Positions 48,751-63,380 of a DNA stretch of 64,000 bases are shown here, piece after piece. The notes beneath the pieces were generated by a model. That model did no database searches. It was not told where the DNA came from and was given only the letters and a program-made list of their open reading frames with translations. The stretch spans positions 4,402,001 through 4,466,000 of the forward strand of contig OZ287753.1 of the NCBI GenBank assembly GCA_965649765.1, given 5' to 3'. This DNA is from Bispira polyomma (Eukaryota). How positions within the stretch are numbered: the first letter of the stretch is position 1; every line of letters starts with the position of its first letter. The position numbers and the translations under genes are program-made.

Positions 48751-51700
48751 TACAATGATTATGTTATAGTAGTTACACTGATCTCAGGATCAACGGGTCC
48801 CTTCTTCTACTTAGGCTTAGTAATCATGAAACTAAAGACACCACTAAGCAATTTAAAACACATGATCGCACTATAATGACAAAATATTTTTATTTGTAGT
48901 ATTATCTCTTCTGAAAGATTGAACACATAAGATGATGTTGATTGAAATCTATAAATACTTCAAATAATTATAATACCAATCCCTAATCCTGGAAGCTGGA
49001 ACAATTGTGCAACTATTGAGGGAGTTTGACTGAGGATTCGGCATAATTGAGTGATGATATTGGCATTAAGTGATGATATAAGATTATTGTTATTACTAAG
49101 CATTGATATGATACCAATTTGATAAAAATGCATCTTCTAAAGTGAATAAAAGATCCCCCTCCAATGACCTCTGTAACAGAATCCAGAAATCAGTAGTGGA
49201 CTTTCCAAACTCACCAGACAGCTCCCTATTCACCAGAGATTTCACATTGAGATAATATTAACTATGTTATTGGCACTATACATTGACAAGTTAATAGAAA
49301 ATCAAGAGAAAGTTTAAATGATTCTCAAGATATTAGCTGAGATATTGTAAATACAGATCAAGTTGATAAAAAATAGCTTCTACTGAAACGCTGCTTAATT
49401 CTGTAAAAAACTGACTTTATCTTTGATATTAGCAGAAACAGTTGGAGTCTAGAGGTGTGTACTAACACATTTTAGACAGACAAATATAACATTATGAATA
49501 ATTCTCTTTTCGCCCAGTGATGAAGTGATGGTAGTTTCCAATTAGCAGTGTACGGTATTAAAGGTGGCCCTGGTAAACATCAGTAAGATCACTAATACAA
49601 ATGGGGTTATGTAATAGTAACATACTATGTGTGTTATGTAGTGTATTTTAAATAATGTAACATTAAAGGTCAGGTGAAATTCATACCGACCAAAAGTTTA
49701 TATTTGTTAACTTTTATATTCGTACATTATATCATATTTTGGTTTCATAAGGGCTTTACTGACAGCCCACAACATGACACTATATAAAAATAGAAACAAG
49801 ACAATATATGTTGATCATTCAGACTTACCTCGCTCTCATTTACATGGGTGGCCGTTCCGAACGCACCACAAACGTCTTTGAATGGCTCAGTGACTACATT
49901 AGAAGCACTTTGGAACTCTTTGTTGATAACCCGCTAGCATTAGTCTCATCACCACTCAAGTTGTAAAATTTTTAAAAACATACGCTTGTTTGTGAAGGGT
50001 TTTGTGGGAGGATCAGGGGGGGGTCAGAGGGCTATACGTCTCAATTAGTTATGGAACGTTTCTCGTCAGTATTAAGTTGTGTTGGCTAGTTTGGTATTAG
50101 TGTCAATTAGTAGTGGTTAGTGACCTTCCTTTGGAATTGGTGGGCATTGGTGAGGTATTAGTGGATATGAGTGTTTGTTATGGCATCGTTTCTCATCAGT
50201 TAGTGTTATGTTAGTGGTAAGTGTCACTTTTGCAGCAGGTCCGTCACAGTTTTGTTATAGATTGTTGAACATGCCACAAGTTCATGGCAGTGGGGAGAGT
50301 GGGGGATTTGGGCTGGTCTATTCGTGAAAGAATGTCCACGAACCAGGATTGACTAGATGCAACGAATAGTGCCGAACATTATCATTAGAATTTGGTCAGG
50401 CCTAAAATATTCTATCTATGCTGGAGCTGAAGTTTATGTCTTTGCATGTAAATATTTTTTGGGTTGAAACTAGGGACGTCATGAGGGGGGTGAGCAGTAC
50501 TCGATATTGGCAAGCTAGGGGGGCTTTTGGTAAATCTGTGATATCACAATAATGCCATTTCAAATGTTCATTTAATTGTAATATATTGTATATAAGTAAT
50601 AAGTTTTCTGTGAATTTATTTTAGCTATTTTCACTAATGACCTTGGATAGTTGTACTTAATTCACATGGAATGTAATATAAGTTTGTAGAAAATAAAACT
50701 GTACACAAGTAAAATACTACCTGTCTAAAAATGGAGCTATGATAGTGTTTGTTTTAGATATATGGTTTGCTAAGCCCCGTAAATATTATACACTTCAAAA
50801 GCTCATGGTTTATAATAAAGCTATATCCAGATAACAGCAAATAATACATTATTTTGAGCTTCTCATGTCGTAATATAGACATAATATAACCTGTCATTGT
50901 AAATTTTTCAATGTTGATTACTTCCAACCTGTGTCAAATATACAGATATAAATGATGTTAAAACTGTTCAGACTTATTGGACAGAGTGAAATAATAAAGA
51001 AAGAAATCAAGATTTAGAGAAAATTGTTGGGTATGAGATCACATTACTTCTTGTCATCATAAATATGCCCCCTGTAAGATCAAGACCAGAGATTGTGTGC
51101 TTTAGTGTTGTCTGATAAAATATCTGTATTGAATTAATCTCTTTACAAATGGTTATTTTTTTGTCATAAAATGTTGGCTGTTTCTACTCGTAGAACAATA
51201 CCAAAGATAAACTAGCTTTTCTCAATTTATAAACTACAACAGATCCTCCAACAAGTCATATATTATTTCTGAGCATTTATAACAAGTCATATATTATTTC
51301 TGAGCATTTATAACAAGATTTTCACTCTAGATCTGGAAGTTCTCAGTCTCTCTGATAATATCAAAATGATCTTTAATTAGCATGTAAACAATCGGTGTAA
51401 TATGTGTCAAGCCACTTACGGTGGCCAGTAGCGTTACATGAATAACAGTTTTTTGAAGAATACAACTCGCACACACATTTTCCCACCAGAAAAAAAGACA
51501 TTACATAGCTGTTCTAGTTTGGTGTACCTTCACTTAGTAGTTTAGAAATGTGTATTTAATAAAAATCTATTATGCATAAATATACGTTTCATATTATATG
51601 TAATAATAATAAGAGATATGGATCCATTATCTTCGTGAACACCTAAAAGTTATAGCTATTTGTAGCCATAAAGGAAAATATTTTACTTGGGATTTTGTCA

Positions 51701-52856
51701 CCTTGGTTGGTTGTTCTATCTGAAGTGAATTTTATAATGCAATCTCAACCCCTGTGTCTGTACTTGAAAACAGCACAGACTTTTGACATAACCACTTTCT
51801 CAAATTACTGTGACAAATTATCAGTCTCCGGGTTCTCTATTTAAACCCTCTTTAGTTTACACTGATAAACCTTGGATTAGTGATGTTACTTTTGTTTAAC
51901 AATATTTAAGTAAACTTTAAATTCACCTCAATACTTGAGGCTCCATTATAGTATTTATATATTAGGTTTATCGTAATATTAGGTTTCTATAAAAGTAAAA
52001 CCTATAGAGATAATACAAACAAGACAATGTCACTCTATAGCTGACCTTAACTGACCGGAAACCCCATGCCTATTTCCTCCTTTGCGTGAATCTTATATAT
52101 CTGGTAGGCAATTTAGCATGAAAATATAGTAAAATCTTTGGGTTAGACATGTAACAAAAATATTTGAGCTTGTATCTGTATATACTACCATATCATCTTG
52201 TCATATATTATGTATCATTAATGGTTACAACTCATTAATGTGGCATCTCATGGTCATCATTGTATAAGCTTTGAAATGAATGAAAACTGAAGACTTCTGA
52301 TAAGAAGTTTATATCATATCACTAAGACAAATTGCTTATTAGATTGTTCTTTTATCACACTCGTCAATGACAAACTCTAAAAATCTTTAGAACTTTAGAA
52401 CTCTACTTAAGCACAAATCACTTTACAGGTATTTGTTAATGACCATGTGTTTTCTTATTCTAAATACATATTACTAAGAGGACATAAGTGACAACTTAAG
52501 AATATATCAGCAGTTGTTTTGTGTGTATCAAAACACAAGTAATAATTGTTGTTGTAAAAATAACACATGGTATTATGGTAGTACGGTGTTATTATAGTAA
52601 ACAATATTATTAACATTGGCTCATGACACAATTACTTAAAGTAAATACATTAGATTAGACATTAGATATTTGTAAAACCACTTTGGCATTTATGTCTGTT
52701 TCTTGTCTCTATGTTGTAATATGAGGAAAAAATCACTTTTGAGCAGCTCTCACTGATTGTACCAGTTTGCAATGTATTAGCCTGCAAGCAGGAAAATTAA
52801 TTATTCAAATAGCTTCTTTCATCTGTTTACAGGTATAGTTATTATTTGGTATAGTT

Positions 52857-53112
52857 TTGAATTTAAATTTGGATATTTAATGTCCACTCTAGTACCTTTT
52901 AGTAGGTTATATTGGGACGGGTAGTTGGAAACGCTGGAGGAAACACTGCATACAGTTGATCAAGGTTCTACACTGAAACCAGCAGCCCACAGTAAGGAAC
53001 TACCACCTTTCCCACATAGGCATCGACGGGACTCAAACTCACGCCGGCCAGAGGTGAGAGACCAGTGATTGTGAAGTGCAATGCTTGCTAACCACTAGGC
53101 CACCGCGGCCCC
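52857..53112 (-). mobile_element. tRNA-derived SINE, full length
   Basis: Minus strand gggccgcggTGGCCTAGTGGtt..gAGTTTGAGTCC; 14-bp TSD tattt(g/a)gtatagtt; homolog of 14843-15110. Confidence 0.85.
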
Positions 53113-56100
53113 TATTTAGTATAGTTAAATGACTATTGGGAATTGTTTTTTCTATATTCTATATTAAACTAGAAAAAGCTTGCAATGATGATGATTTTTA
53201 TGCTTTAATAACTTGACATATCATTACAATAGACTATAATGAACAGTAACTTATGCTGATTTAGATCTGATTCCCATCTTGTGGGGGGTGTGTTTTTTGG
53301 GCGGGGTTGGGCCTACTGTCTCAAATCATCACCAGATGGTCCCCAAGATTGTTTGTTTTTATTATTTTAAAAATTGTTACTTTTCCCACAGAATCCGTCA
53401 AATCATACCCTGGTTTCAATAAACTGATAAAAGTGAATATATGTCATGACTCGGTGATATGGGAAAGGGTTTTCAAACATTATCAAGTGCCGCTATCCAT
53501 TAAAATCCCAAAGAACAAACAACCATTGTTCTTAATATTTTCAGAAAAGTAAAGATCCTTTTAAAGTAAGAGTGTTTGACAACACCTTTTAGCTCAGAAC
53601 ATATTACATGTTAGGATTGGGCTTGAAAGAAGTGCCAGAGATTTAAAGTAAAGGTAAAAATTCTAAATAAACACTTGACATTAAAACATTAGTAGATAAA
53701 TCTGTTTCTAACAGATTTTGATTTGATGGGATACTGTACATGTCTAATATATAACAATGATTAGCAAAATTGTTTTATGTTATGCTTCTTTAACACGTTA
53801 CTTGTGCTGTTTCCTGTACTCAGTGACACTGTTTATGATAAGCAAATAGACTTAAGTTTAAAAAGTTTGGTTTATACCAACAAAATACCTATTCAGCAAT
53901 TGAATACAATCATAGGTGTTGTCGCAATTACATTGATCTCAGGATCGTCAGGTCTCTTGTTCAAGTCATGCTTTGTGAAAAAAAACTACCATTTGGCAAT
54001 TTGAAACACATGATTGCATTCTGATTACAAAAGGTTTTTACTTGGTAATATTATCTCTACTCAAAGACCAAACACATTAGATGGTGGTAATTGTCATCAA
54101 TGCACATTTTAAATAATTATAATAACAATCCCACAACACTTGTTGCTGCACAAGGCACAGTGTTCCTTACATAAGTTTCGCTCAGAGTTTAAAAATACTT
54201 TGAAGCTTTCTGTCATTATTGGACCACTGGTGGATATAGCCATACCATATAATCCAGGTACTAACTTATTAGTTAATCCTGGTAGCTGGAACAATTGTGC
54301 GACTATTGAGGGAGTTTACCTAAGGGTTTGACATAATTTGTACATTCAAGATATGAAACAAAATGGTAAAAAAAAAAATTATTCCTCGAAACACTGTGAT
54401 GTAAGAATTTTATCTTATCGCCAAGTAATCCACCTATGAGCTAAGAGCCCCTAGGAGAAATCTAGTGACCTTAAATATGATTGGTTGTTTCTGACCTTTT
54501 TACTGTTCACACTGTATTACATGCTTTTTAAGCCACTCAAACACCTACTAACATTAGGAATGTCTAATCAAACTCCCTCATTGATATTAATGTGCAGCTA
54601 TTGGTTTTGAACTGCACTGTCATTGTGACTGTCACAAGATAGGCCAGCATCAGCTAATGTTCAGACATCTTGGCAAAAGATGATATCCCCTAATTACTTC
54701 TGTTGCAGGTACCAGAGATCAACAGTGTGCGTTTTTATCACCTGACAATTCCCTTATAACTAGATATTTCACAGGGAGATAATATGGACTATGTTATTGG
54801 CACTATACATTGCCAAGTTGATCGAAAATCATGAGAAAGGTTAAATGATTCTCAAGATATCATCTGAGATATTGTAAATACAGATCAAGTTGCTAAACAA
54901 ATAGCTTCAACCAAAAAGCTTGTAAAAAAATCTAACTGTATGTATGATATCAGCTGTTGGAGTCTAGAGATGTGTACTAAAACATTTGAAATAGGCAAAT
55001 AACATTCTGGATAATTCTCTTTTCGCCCAGTGATGAAGTATATTATAGGTGACCCTAGTAATAAGCAGTAAGATCATTAATACAAATGGAGTTTTGTAAT
55101 AGCAAAATACTATGAATGTGCGTTGTGGAGTGTATTTTAACTCCTTTAACTTTATAGGTCCGGTTAAGGTCATACCGACCAATATTTGATATGTGTTAAC
55201 TTTTATATACTTGTACTCTATATCACACTTATAGTTTCTTAGTATCTTAGGTTAGAATGCAGTTTTCTTGTACTAATATCACGTGACTAGCTCAATTTAT
55301 TTATAACTGTCATAAACTATCTATTAATGCTTACTTTGATCTAATTTGTGTAATATTTGCTTCAAAGGGTCTCTTTAAATTTTCATTCTTTCCGCTATTT
55401 TGAAAAACGTTCATGAACAAACGTCATTGGTATCGGCAAAGGTGCATTTGCGTATCTTGGTGTAAAGTGTCAGCATGTTGCTTATAGTTTTGCCCAATTA
55501 TTAAGGGCTGCTTGTGGTTCCTTGTAAGTCAGGCCACTGCTAACACTTGTTATGTAGTTAATAGTGTAGGAAATTAATATAATTCATGTGTATACTATGT
55601 AATGGTATACAAGGCATTAACTTTTATGATAATAACAATAAACGACATGCCTTGCATCTCAAGGTTCTTTTACTGTCTTTACGGTCTTTTTACTTTAGAC
55701 CTTGATCTTCTAGACTGGGGATGGTACTGATACACTGGGATGCTCCAACAAAAGACAGAGACAAGGTAGGGGGCTTGGGATATTTTAATTAGACTGTGTG
55801 GACAGTAAATTGGGAATTTGTAATAACACCACCATTACCCACACAGACTGGATTTGAGCCTGTTGTGTGAACCATCAAAACTCAAACCTAGTATATATAT
55901 TCTGTCTTACTCCATATGTTTATATAATCTGGGTTTTTAATTACAATTTGACATTGATAGCCCAACTTTGTATCCTAACTTTGGCAACCTATCTTAAGAT
56001 GAATATTATACACATTTTTTAAAGGCTTATAGCAAAGTTATACACAAAGAGCACTGAATATTACAATATGTTGAGCTTTTAATATCATTATAGAGATAAT

Positions 56101-57012
56101 ATAACCTGTCAGTCATGTATACTCTTCAATGTCCATTGCTTTTAACGTGTGCCAGAAATACATATAACTGATGTTAAAACTGGTCAGACTTATTGGACAA
56201 AGTGAAATAATAAAGAAAGAAGTTAATATTTACAGAAAATTGTTGGGTTTGAGATAGTATTACATTATGTCATCATAAATATTGAATCAATCTCTTCACA
56301 AATGTTTGGTTTTTCATAAAATATTGGCTGATTTCTACTCCGAAGAACGATTACACACAACATCAAACTAGTTTTTTATTAATTTATTAGCTACAACAGA
56401 CCCTCCAACCATTCTTATTAATTCTGGTCATTTATAACAAGAGTTTCACCCTAGATCTGGTAGTTCTCAGTCTGGCTGAGAATAAGTGATACTAATTAAC
56501 CCCTCCTATGAAACCTTAGCTGGCTGGGTTTTTTTCAGAAAAGAATAAAAACTATCTCTAATTAGCATGTAAATCACAGACAATCGGTATAATATGTGTC
56601 AAACCACTTGCGGTGGCTGGTGTTGTTACATGGATCACTCTGAGAGTTATTTGACACAGACGTAAAGTATTTTTGCAAAAACCAAAAATACAATCTAGTT
56701 GCTTTAGTTAGGTGTACCTTAACTTAGTAGTTTAGTTTTAATATTTAAGAAATGCTATTCAAGAATAAACATGTTTTCATTGCATGTAACAATAATGAGA
56801 AATGGATTGATTCTCTTCTAACCCCCTAATAGTTATAGGTTTATGTACTGCTCACCAAAAAAAGGAAAATATTTTACTTGAGATGTTGTCACCTTAGTCG
56901 GTTGTTCTGTCTGCATTGAATTTTATAAAGCAATCTCAAGCCCAACCCGTGTCTTTGTTTGAGAACAGCACAGGCTTTTGACACAACTACTTTCTCAAAT
57001 TACTGTCACAAA

Positions 57013-57197
57013 TGTAAGTCACTGCGAACTTTAGTAGCATGATCCCTCAGTCGTGTAAATTAGAGGTAATATGGTATGATATAGTAACCACTTGTTGTTT
57101 AAGGTTGCTAGGGTCTAACAAGCAGGGCGAGGATTTTACCGCCATTCTACATTATTTCAATAGAAATTGAAGAGTAAACAAGTGGAAAAATTTTATT
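57013..57197 (+). repeat. Split direct repeat A1 (185 bp)
   Basis: Near-identical to 62617-62801. Confidence 0.93.
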
Positions 57198-57339
57198 TTG
57201 GAAGCCATATTGGAAATTTATAAAATAAGAAAGAAATATATGAGCTTCAAGGAAATATACAAGTGTTTTTATGATTTTAATAAACAATTTTAGTGTGTAG
57301 AAGTGATACTTAATAATACAAGGGAGTTTGATAGTAAAA

Positions 57340-58589
57340 ATGGGAAAGATTAAGCAGAAACTAAGTCGACCTGAACAAATTCAGTGTTCGCGTTGTAGCA
57401 TCAAACACAGTCGTCCTGTCGGTTCAAGATGTAAACGTCAGTTACAACAGGATTCAAGTTGGGAAAGTGAGATTGAGGAGGAAGAACAGGTCTTCCCCCC
57501 TCCCGAGTCGCCAGCTAAAAATAGTGCCGTAGAACGCTATGCTGACATATGTGAACGACAGCAGACAATGATGAACACATTACTGAAATCCGTGAATCAA
57601 TTACAACAGGATGTGAATGGCCTCAAAGCTAAAGACAAGGTAAGTGTTAGTATTACTTCAAAACAAAATAATACAACAACCAGTGATTATACCAGTACAG
57701 CTATGCTAGACAAGATACTTCCAGTAAAGGCAGGTCCCAGTCCACGTTCACGGCAGACAGATACACCACAACACCACACAGTGGCTAGTGTTCACACCAT
57801 AAATCCAGGCCTACAAGCACCCACGGTGCAAGCTCAGGTCACATACGACCAACAGCAAGTCACTAGTCAGCATGATATAGTACCCACGACAGATGTTCTT
57901 CGACATTCTGCACTACTGCAAAATGAGGTTAGCGCGAGATTTCAACAGTACGAGAGTCTAGCCGCACATGAACTACTACAGAGTAAGTCACTCATGAAGC
58001 GCAAGTCAGGAAGATTTAATGTTATCGAAACGTGTACGTCAGATCCGATTTTCCGATGGCCCAACGAGGGTTGTCTCTCAGGGGTTACCAAAAAGAGAGT
58101 TCAATACGACAAACTGAGTGTCGCACAATTTGCCTCAGGGCAAATTCAAAATATCCTGGAGGTAAAGAGTAACGCTGTCGCAAGAGGTATGCTGAAACAA
58201 CTCGGCGATACACTGCCAGCAATATATCTTGGCCAGTGGCACGAGGATCATATGCAACCAATATGCATGATGTTGAGGAAGGCAGGCTTACATGGTTAGA
58301 TTCCACAGCGTGGACTCTAAACCGATTATCATACTCACAAGCGTTGATGTCGGTTACACAAAACGCGTCGAAGTCACCCAGTGGACAAAGCGCTAAATCT
58401 CGCATGCCCTGCCGACATTTTCAGAAAGGAGTCTGCAACCAAGAGGCAGACCATGAGAATGTAACTACCGTCTTCAGACACATATGCGCGCATTGCTTTC
58501 TGACGAACAAATGGGAAAACAACCACCCCGAATCAAGGTGTTACAAGCTACACCGGAAACCAACTACAAGCTTACAGACCGCACAATAG
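57340..58589 (+). pseudogene. gag: gag-like ORF1, frameshifted near 58215-58240
   Basis: CSRCSIKHSRPVGSRC, WPN and YDKLS in one frame; MPCRHFQKGVC..H..HICAHC in another. Confidence 0.85.
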
Positions 58590-61441
58590 GACAGGAAGTC
58601 GACCACAGATACAACTAGTGTGTTAATTAATTCTGAAATGTATCACGCTATAGGTGTGCATAAGGATAGAATCAGGAACAAAACTATGAGTGAGCTTGAG
58701 TATAGTGATATTTCTAAACAAGACGATATTTTATTAAAAGTAAGTAATAGGAATAGGATAAACCAGATAATTGGTGACAGTGAATGTGATAGAGACAAGA
58801 GTATGTACGATAGCCAGACAGATTTAAAAAAACAATCTGAAAGTTTGTACAATAGAACAGTAAATTTGACAGTAGAAAATGTGTTAAAGACAGATGAACA
58901 ATGTATACAGTGGTATGATAATGTAGAAATAATGTGTAAAAAAAATGTAAACAAATGTAAGGAAACAAACTATAATAATCAAGATGAACTGATGAATAAA
59001 TGTAAAAAGATTAATGCTACTGGAATAGACAAAAATCCAGTGATATCTAGACACTTAGATTTTATATGTATGTAATGTGTTAGAAAATGTATATAGTATA
59101 AATGTGTTTTATGGGGTGGACAAGAGAGAAACCCAGTATACAGGTATTTATACAAGGACGAGCCATGACAATATATTGTTGTATCATGGTGCTACTACAA
59201 ATATAAATGAAATATGGCCGTTGTCATATTACAGGTCACTAGAAACACAAATTATAAAACAAAACACGTATGACCATACACACATACATACAAAGCAGAA
59301 AAAACAAAAGAACAAAACAAAAAATAGTACACACACAAGAACTAAAGTGAGAAACACACACTACTACATAAACTTGATTGATGACATAATCAAAAAACAA
59401 TGTCCTAATACAAAACAAGCAACACAGAGGCTAGACAAAGAGGACATTGTGATAAAAAGAGAGACACTAAACAAAACACAAACGAAGAAAACAGCTATAC
59501 AAACACAAAGAAAATAGAAAATATAGAAATAAAAGAGGAACAGACAAACAAACTGATTGACAAAAGTTCATCAGTCATTGAAACATTACTGAATTATGAC
59601 TTAGATCAGACTGAAGAAGACAGAAGTGTTAATAAGACTGACAAAATAGAAAAAACAATAACAATGGACAGCGAATATGAGTTTATAACAAGTGAAAAAA
59701 AGACTTTTGAATTTATAGGGCCACAAAGACAAACAATAGATATTACTGACAAAGAAACACTGTTAAAAGTGTATGAAATTATTAAATCTACTGGACAAGC
59801 AAATTATAAAGAAGCTAGAATACCAATAAAATCAGGATTAAACATTGACAATTGGAAACGACACTTAAAAGGACATGAAGACGGAATGTTAATACAGTAT
59901 TTAGAATATGGGTTTCCCATATCTCTATATGAAAAAGATAGACTAGACAATAAATATACAGACAATCATTATTCAGCAAACAAATACCCAGAATACATTG
60001 ACAAATATTTTGATAAAGAGGTCAAAAAGGGGACTATTATAGGCCCAATACCAGAGGACGTGCACATTGATTTTCATTGTTCACCTTTGTTAACGCGTCC
60101 AAAGGACAAAGACCAGAGGCGATTAATATTAAATTTATCATACCCACAAGGGTTTTCCGTTAATGATTGCATGACGAAAGAAAAGTATGACGAAACAAAA
60201 TTTGTATTGAAATTACCAACAATAGATCAGATTGTTAACGAGATTGAAGACATTGGAAATGAAGCGTTGCTTGCGAAAGTGGACATTGCGCATACGTTTC
60301 GCAATTTGAGAGTAGATCCGGTAGACAGTCTAAAATCAGGATACAGATGGAATAATAACTGCTTTATTAATCTTGCGTGGACGTTCGGTCTAACTCATGG
60401 AACGACAGTATTTATGCGCATATCGGACGCAATAACGTCAATAATGACACGTCATAACTTTAAAGTCTTCAATTATATCGACGACTTCATAATCGTAGAA
60501 TCAAAAACTAAGGCGACTTTAGCTTACGAATTTTTGAAAGATTTGTTACAACAACTAGGTCTGCCCATCAACGAATCTAAACTCGTGGCACCCAGTAAAA
60601 GGGTCACCTGTATGGGCATAGTAATTGATATTGACAAGAAAACATTAAGTATCGATGACGAGAAACTTGATAGTAATTGATATTGACAAGAAAACATTAA
60701 GTATCGATGACGAGAAACTTGAGAGTATTCATGAACTATGCATGACATTTAGTGACATGAAAAAAGTGAAAAAGAATAAATACCAATCATACATATAATC
60801 ATAGGTGTATAAAACCTTCCAGAATTTTCATGAACTGGATGCTTAAATTATTACGAGATTCAACAAGCCAAAAGACAATTCTACTCGATAACTTTCAAAA
60901 AGACCTGAACTGGTTCAAAAAGTTTCTCATGAAATTTAATGGTACCGCAAGTTATGAAACAAAGGATTTAGCACACGCAATATCACTAAATGTAGATGCA
61001 TGTTTACAAGGAATCGGAGGTATTTCGAGATTTGATACTTACACAGCAACATTGCCAGAGTACCTTATGCAGGCCTATAGCATAGTATATTTTGAAATGT
61101 TAGCAGTATTAATTGCATTCAAGCTATGGGCAAACAAATGGCAAAATAAGACAATTCGAATTTTTTCCGACAACATAGCAGTAGTGTCTGTGGTTCGATC
61201 CTCGAAAACAAGAGATTCATATTTAAGTACATGTTTGAGAACACTGTGGCCGATTTGTGCAGAAAATAATATTGAGATATATATAGAACATATAGCGGGA
61301 AAAAGAAATATAATAGCAGATACTCTATCAAGATGGCATGATTTAGGCTCTAACACGACAGAGATCAAGAACTTGATATGTCAAAAATTTGAAGTGTATA
61401 ATGTACCCATACAGATGTTTATAAATGACGATGATATATAA
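58590..61441 (+). pseudogene. pol: pol (RT/RNase H), disrupted
   Basis: YLEYGFP, RLILNLS, YIDD, DACLQG, SDN, ADTLSR; several frameshifts, a 52-bp duplication and a deletion near 60790. Confidence 0.9.
60619..60722 (+). repeat. Exact 52-bp tandem duplication frameshifting pol
   Basis: tagtaattgatattgacaagaaaacattaagtatcgatgacgagaaacttga x2. Confidence 0.95.
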
Positions 61442-61465
61442 ACTTCTATAAACTTCTACTTTTAG

Positions 61466-62435
61466 GCACGACAGACAAAGCACGACCACTTTTGAATGAG
61501 GCAATGAAGAAAATAAAGTCAGCGCATAGACCAAGGACAATCAGACAATATGATGCTCAAATCAGATTATACTTAGCATTTACAATATATTACAACCTAC
61601 AACAAACTTTCAGTTTAAGTACAATCCTAGCTTTCATGAAATTTCTGCAACAAAATGGATTATCTTACAGAGTGATAAATAATTATTTGGCTGCTATTAG
61701 AAATTGCACAAGGCAATTCCATTTGGATGATTCACAACTATTTGACCCAAGAATAGTGGCATATCAAAAATCTATTACGATAAATTCATTATTCAAACCT
61801 AGGCCAAAAGGTATATTTGATTTAAATCAGTTACACACGATTTCAAGGCAATGCCAGTTGCTTGAATTTCCTGAGTTGTACAGAACTGCGTTTTTGTTTG
61901 CTTTCTTTGGTTTTTTGAGAATTTCAAATCTTACACCTCAAACAGCTGATCAATTTGATCATACAAGGCATATAACAAGATCAGACATCATATTCTCACC
62001 ACCAGGGATACACTTAATATTAAAATGGTCAAAGACCAACCAAACCAGGCAATCACAGAACGTTATACAACTACCAACCCCTGGTTATGTCCTGTGAATG
62101 CAGCAAAATCACTGATACAAAAATACCCTTTACCAGGGCACTCTCCTCTGTTAGCTGATCCTCAAAATAAAGGAAAATGTGTTACAGATTCAAGACTAAG
62201 GTCAAGTTTAAGAAAGATTTTGCAAAACAGTCAGATTACTACAATTGGTCATTCATTCCATTGCTTTACAAGGTCAGGGGCATCCCTGGCCTTCAACAAT
62301 AATGTATAATTACAGAACATTCAGAAACACGGATGTTGGAAATCCGATGCTGTTTGGTGTTATCTAGAATCAACCTCGCATGCAGCTAGAATTATTCCAA
62401 CCACATTCACTGCAATCGTCCCCCACTCTTTTTGA
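61466..62435 (+). pseudogene. Tyrosine recombinase, inactivated
   Basis: LRISNL and KWSKT present; frameshift near 62075; HCFTRSGA (HxxR arginine lost); premature TAA at 62307 followed by HGCWKSDAVWCY. Confidence 0.9.
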
Positions 62436-62442
62436 TTTGGCT

Positions 62443-62801
62443 TTGGCACATTTTAAAAATTTTTATAAAATTTAAAGAATTTATGTACAGATGTAAAAAA
62501 GATTCCAACAGAGATTGGAATTTTTGTAAATAAACTATTCCAAACAGCATCACTTTTCATTACATAAACTTCAACTTACTCACTTAGTAATTCACTGCTC
62601 CTAATTTGAAAGACTGTGTAAGTCACTGCGAACTTTAGTAGCATGACCCCTCAGTCGTGTAAATTAGAGGTAATATGGTATGATATAGCAACCACTTGTT
62701 GTTTAAGGTTGCTAGGGTCTAACAAGCAGGGCGAGGATTTTACCGCCATTCTGCATTATTTCAATAGAAATTGAAGAGTAAACAAGTGGAAAAATTTTAT
62801 T
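62443..62801 (+). repeat. B1 (174 bp) plus A2 (185 bp) internal junction
   Basis: agactg|tgtaagtc junction at 62616/62617. Confidence 0.93.
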
Positions 62802-63206
62802 CCGCACCCACCCTCCCTGTAGGTATGTGACAAAGACACGATTTGAGGCAGATCAAGCTCTGGACCCTGAGCCATGTCACGACTCGGTTCACTCCTTCAT
62901 ATACTTGCCCCTAGTGTAGGCTACTAGGGGAATGCGGAGCTCTGCTGGAGTGAACTGACCGTGGCTAGGCGAGTAGGTGTCATAGGCCCTTGACCCCGAG
63001 TTTGAGCTGCAACAAATGGTGGCTAACTCACAATATCAAAGTATTATTATAGTCGTAACTACAAATATTGTACTATTATTTTATACTCCCTGATTTACAT
63101 GGGATTTTTTACAAGCTGTTGATGCTATTACTTTTATAATATTTATTTACAAGCTGTAATGCTATTACTTTTATCGTAACAAGTCTTGTTAACTATGGTA
63201 GCCTTG

Positions 63207-63380
63207 TTGGCACATTTTAAATTTTTTTATAAAATTTAAAGAATTTATGTACAGATGTAAAAAAGATTCCAACAGAGATTGGAATTTTTGTAAATAAACT
63301 ACTCCAAACATCATCACTTTTCATTACATAAACTTCAACTTACTCACTTAGTAATTCACTGCTCATAATTTGAAAGACTG
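63207..63380 (+). repeat. Split direct repeat B2 (174 bp), 3' terminus
   Basis: Near-identical to 62443-62616. Confidence 0.93.

Larger units (their letters stand above)
57013..63380 (+). mobile_element. Decayed second Ngaro-like YR retrotransposon (divergent family)
   Basis: A1 57013-57197, B1 62443-62616, A2 62617-62801, B2 63207-63380; disrupted gag/pol/YR; empty site tgtcacaaa|ctatctgtctccggg at about 32111. Confidence 0.93.
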
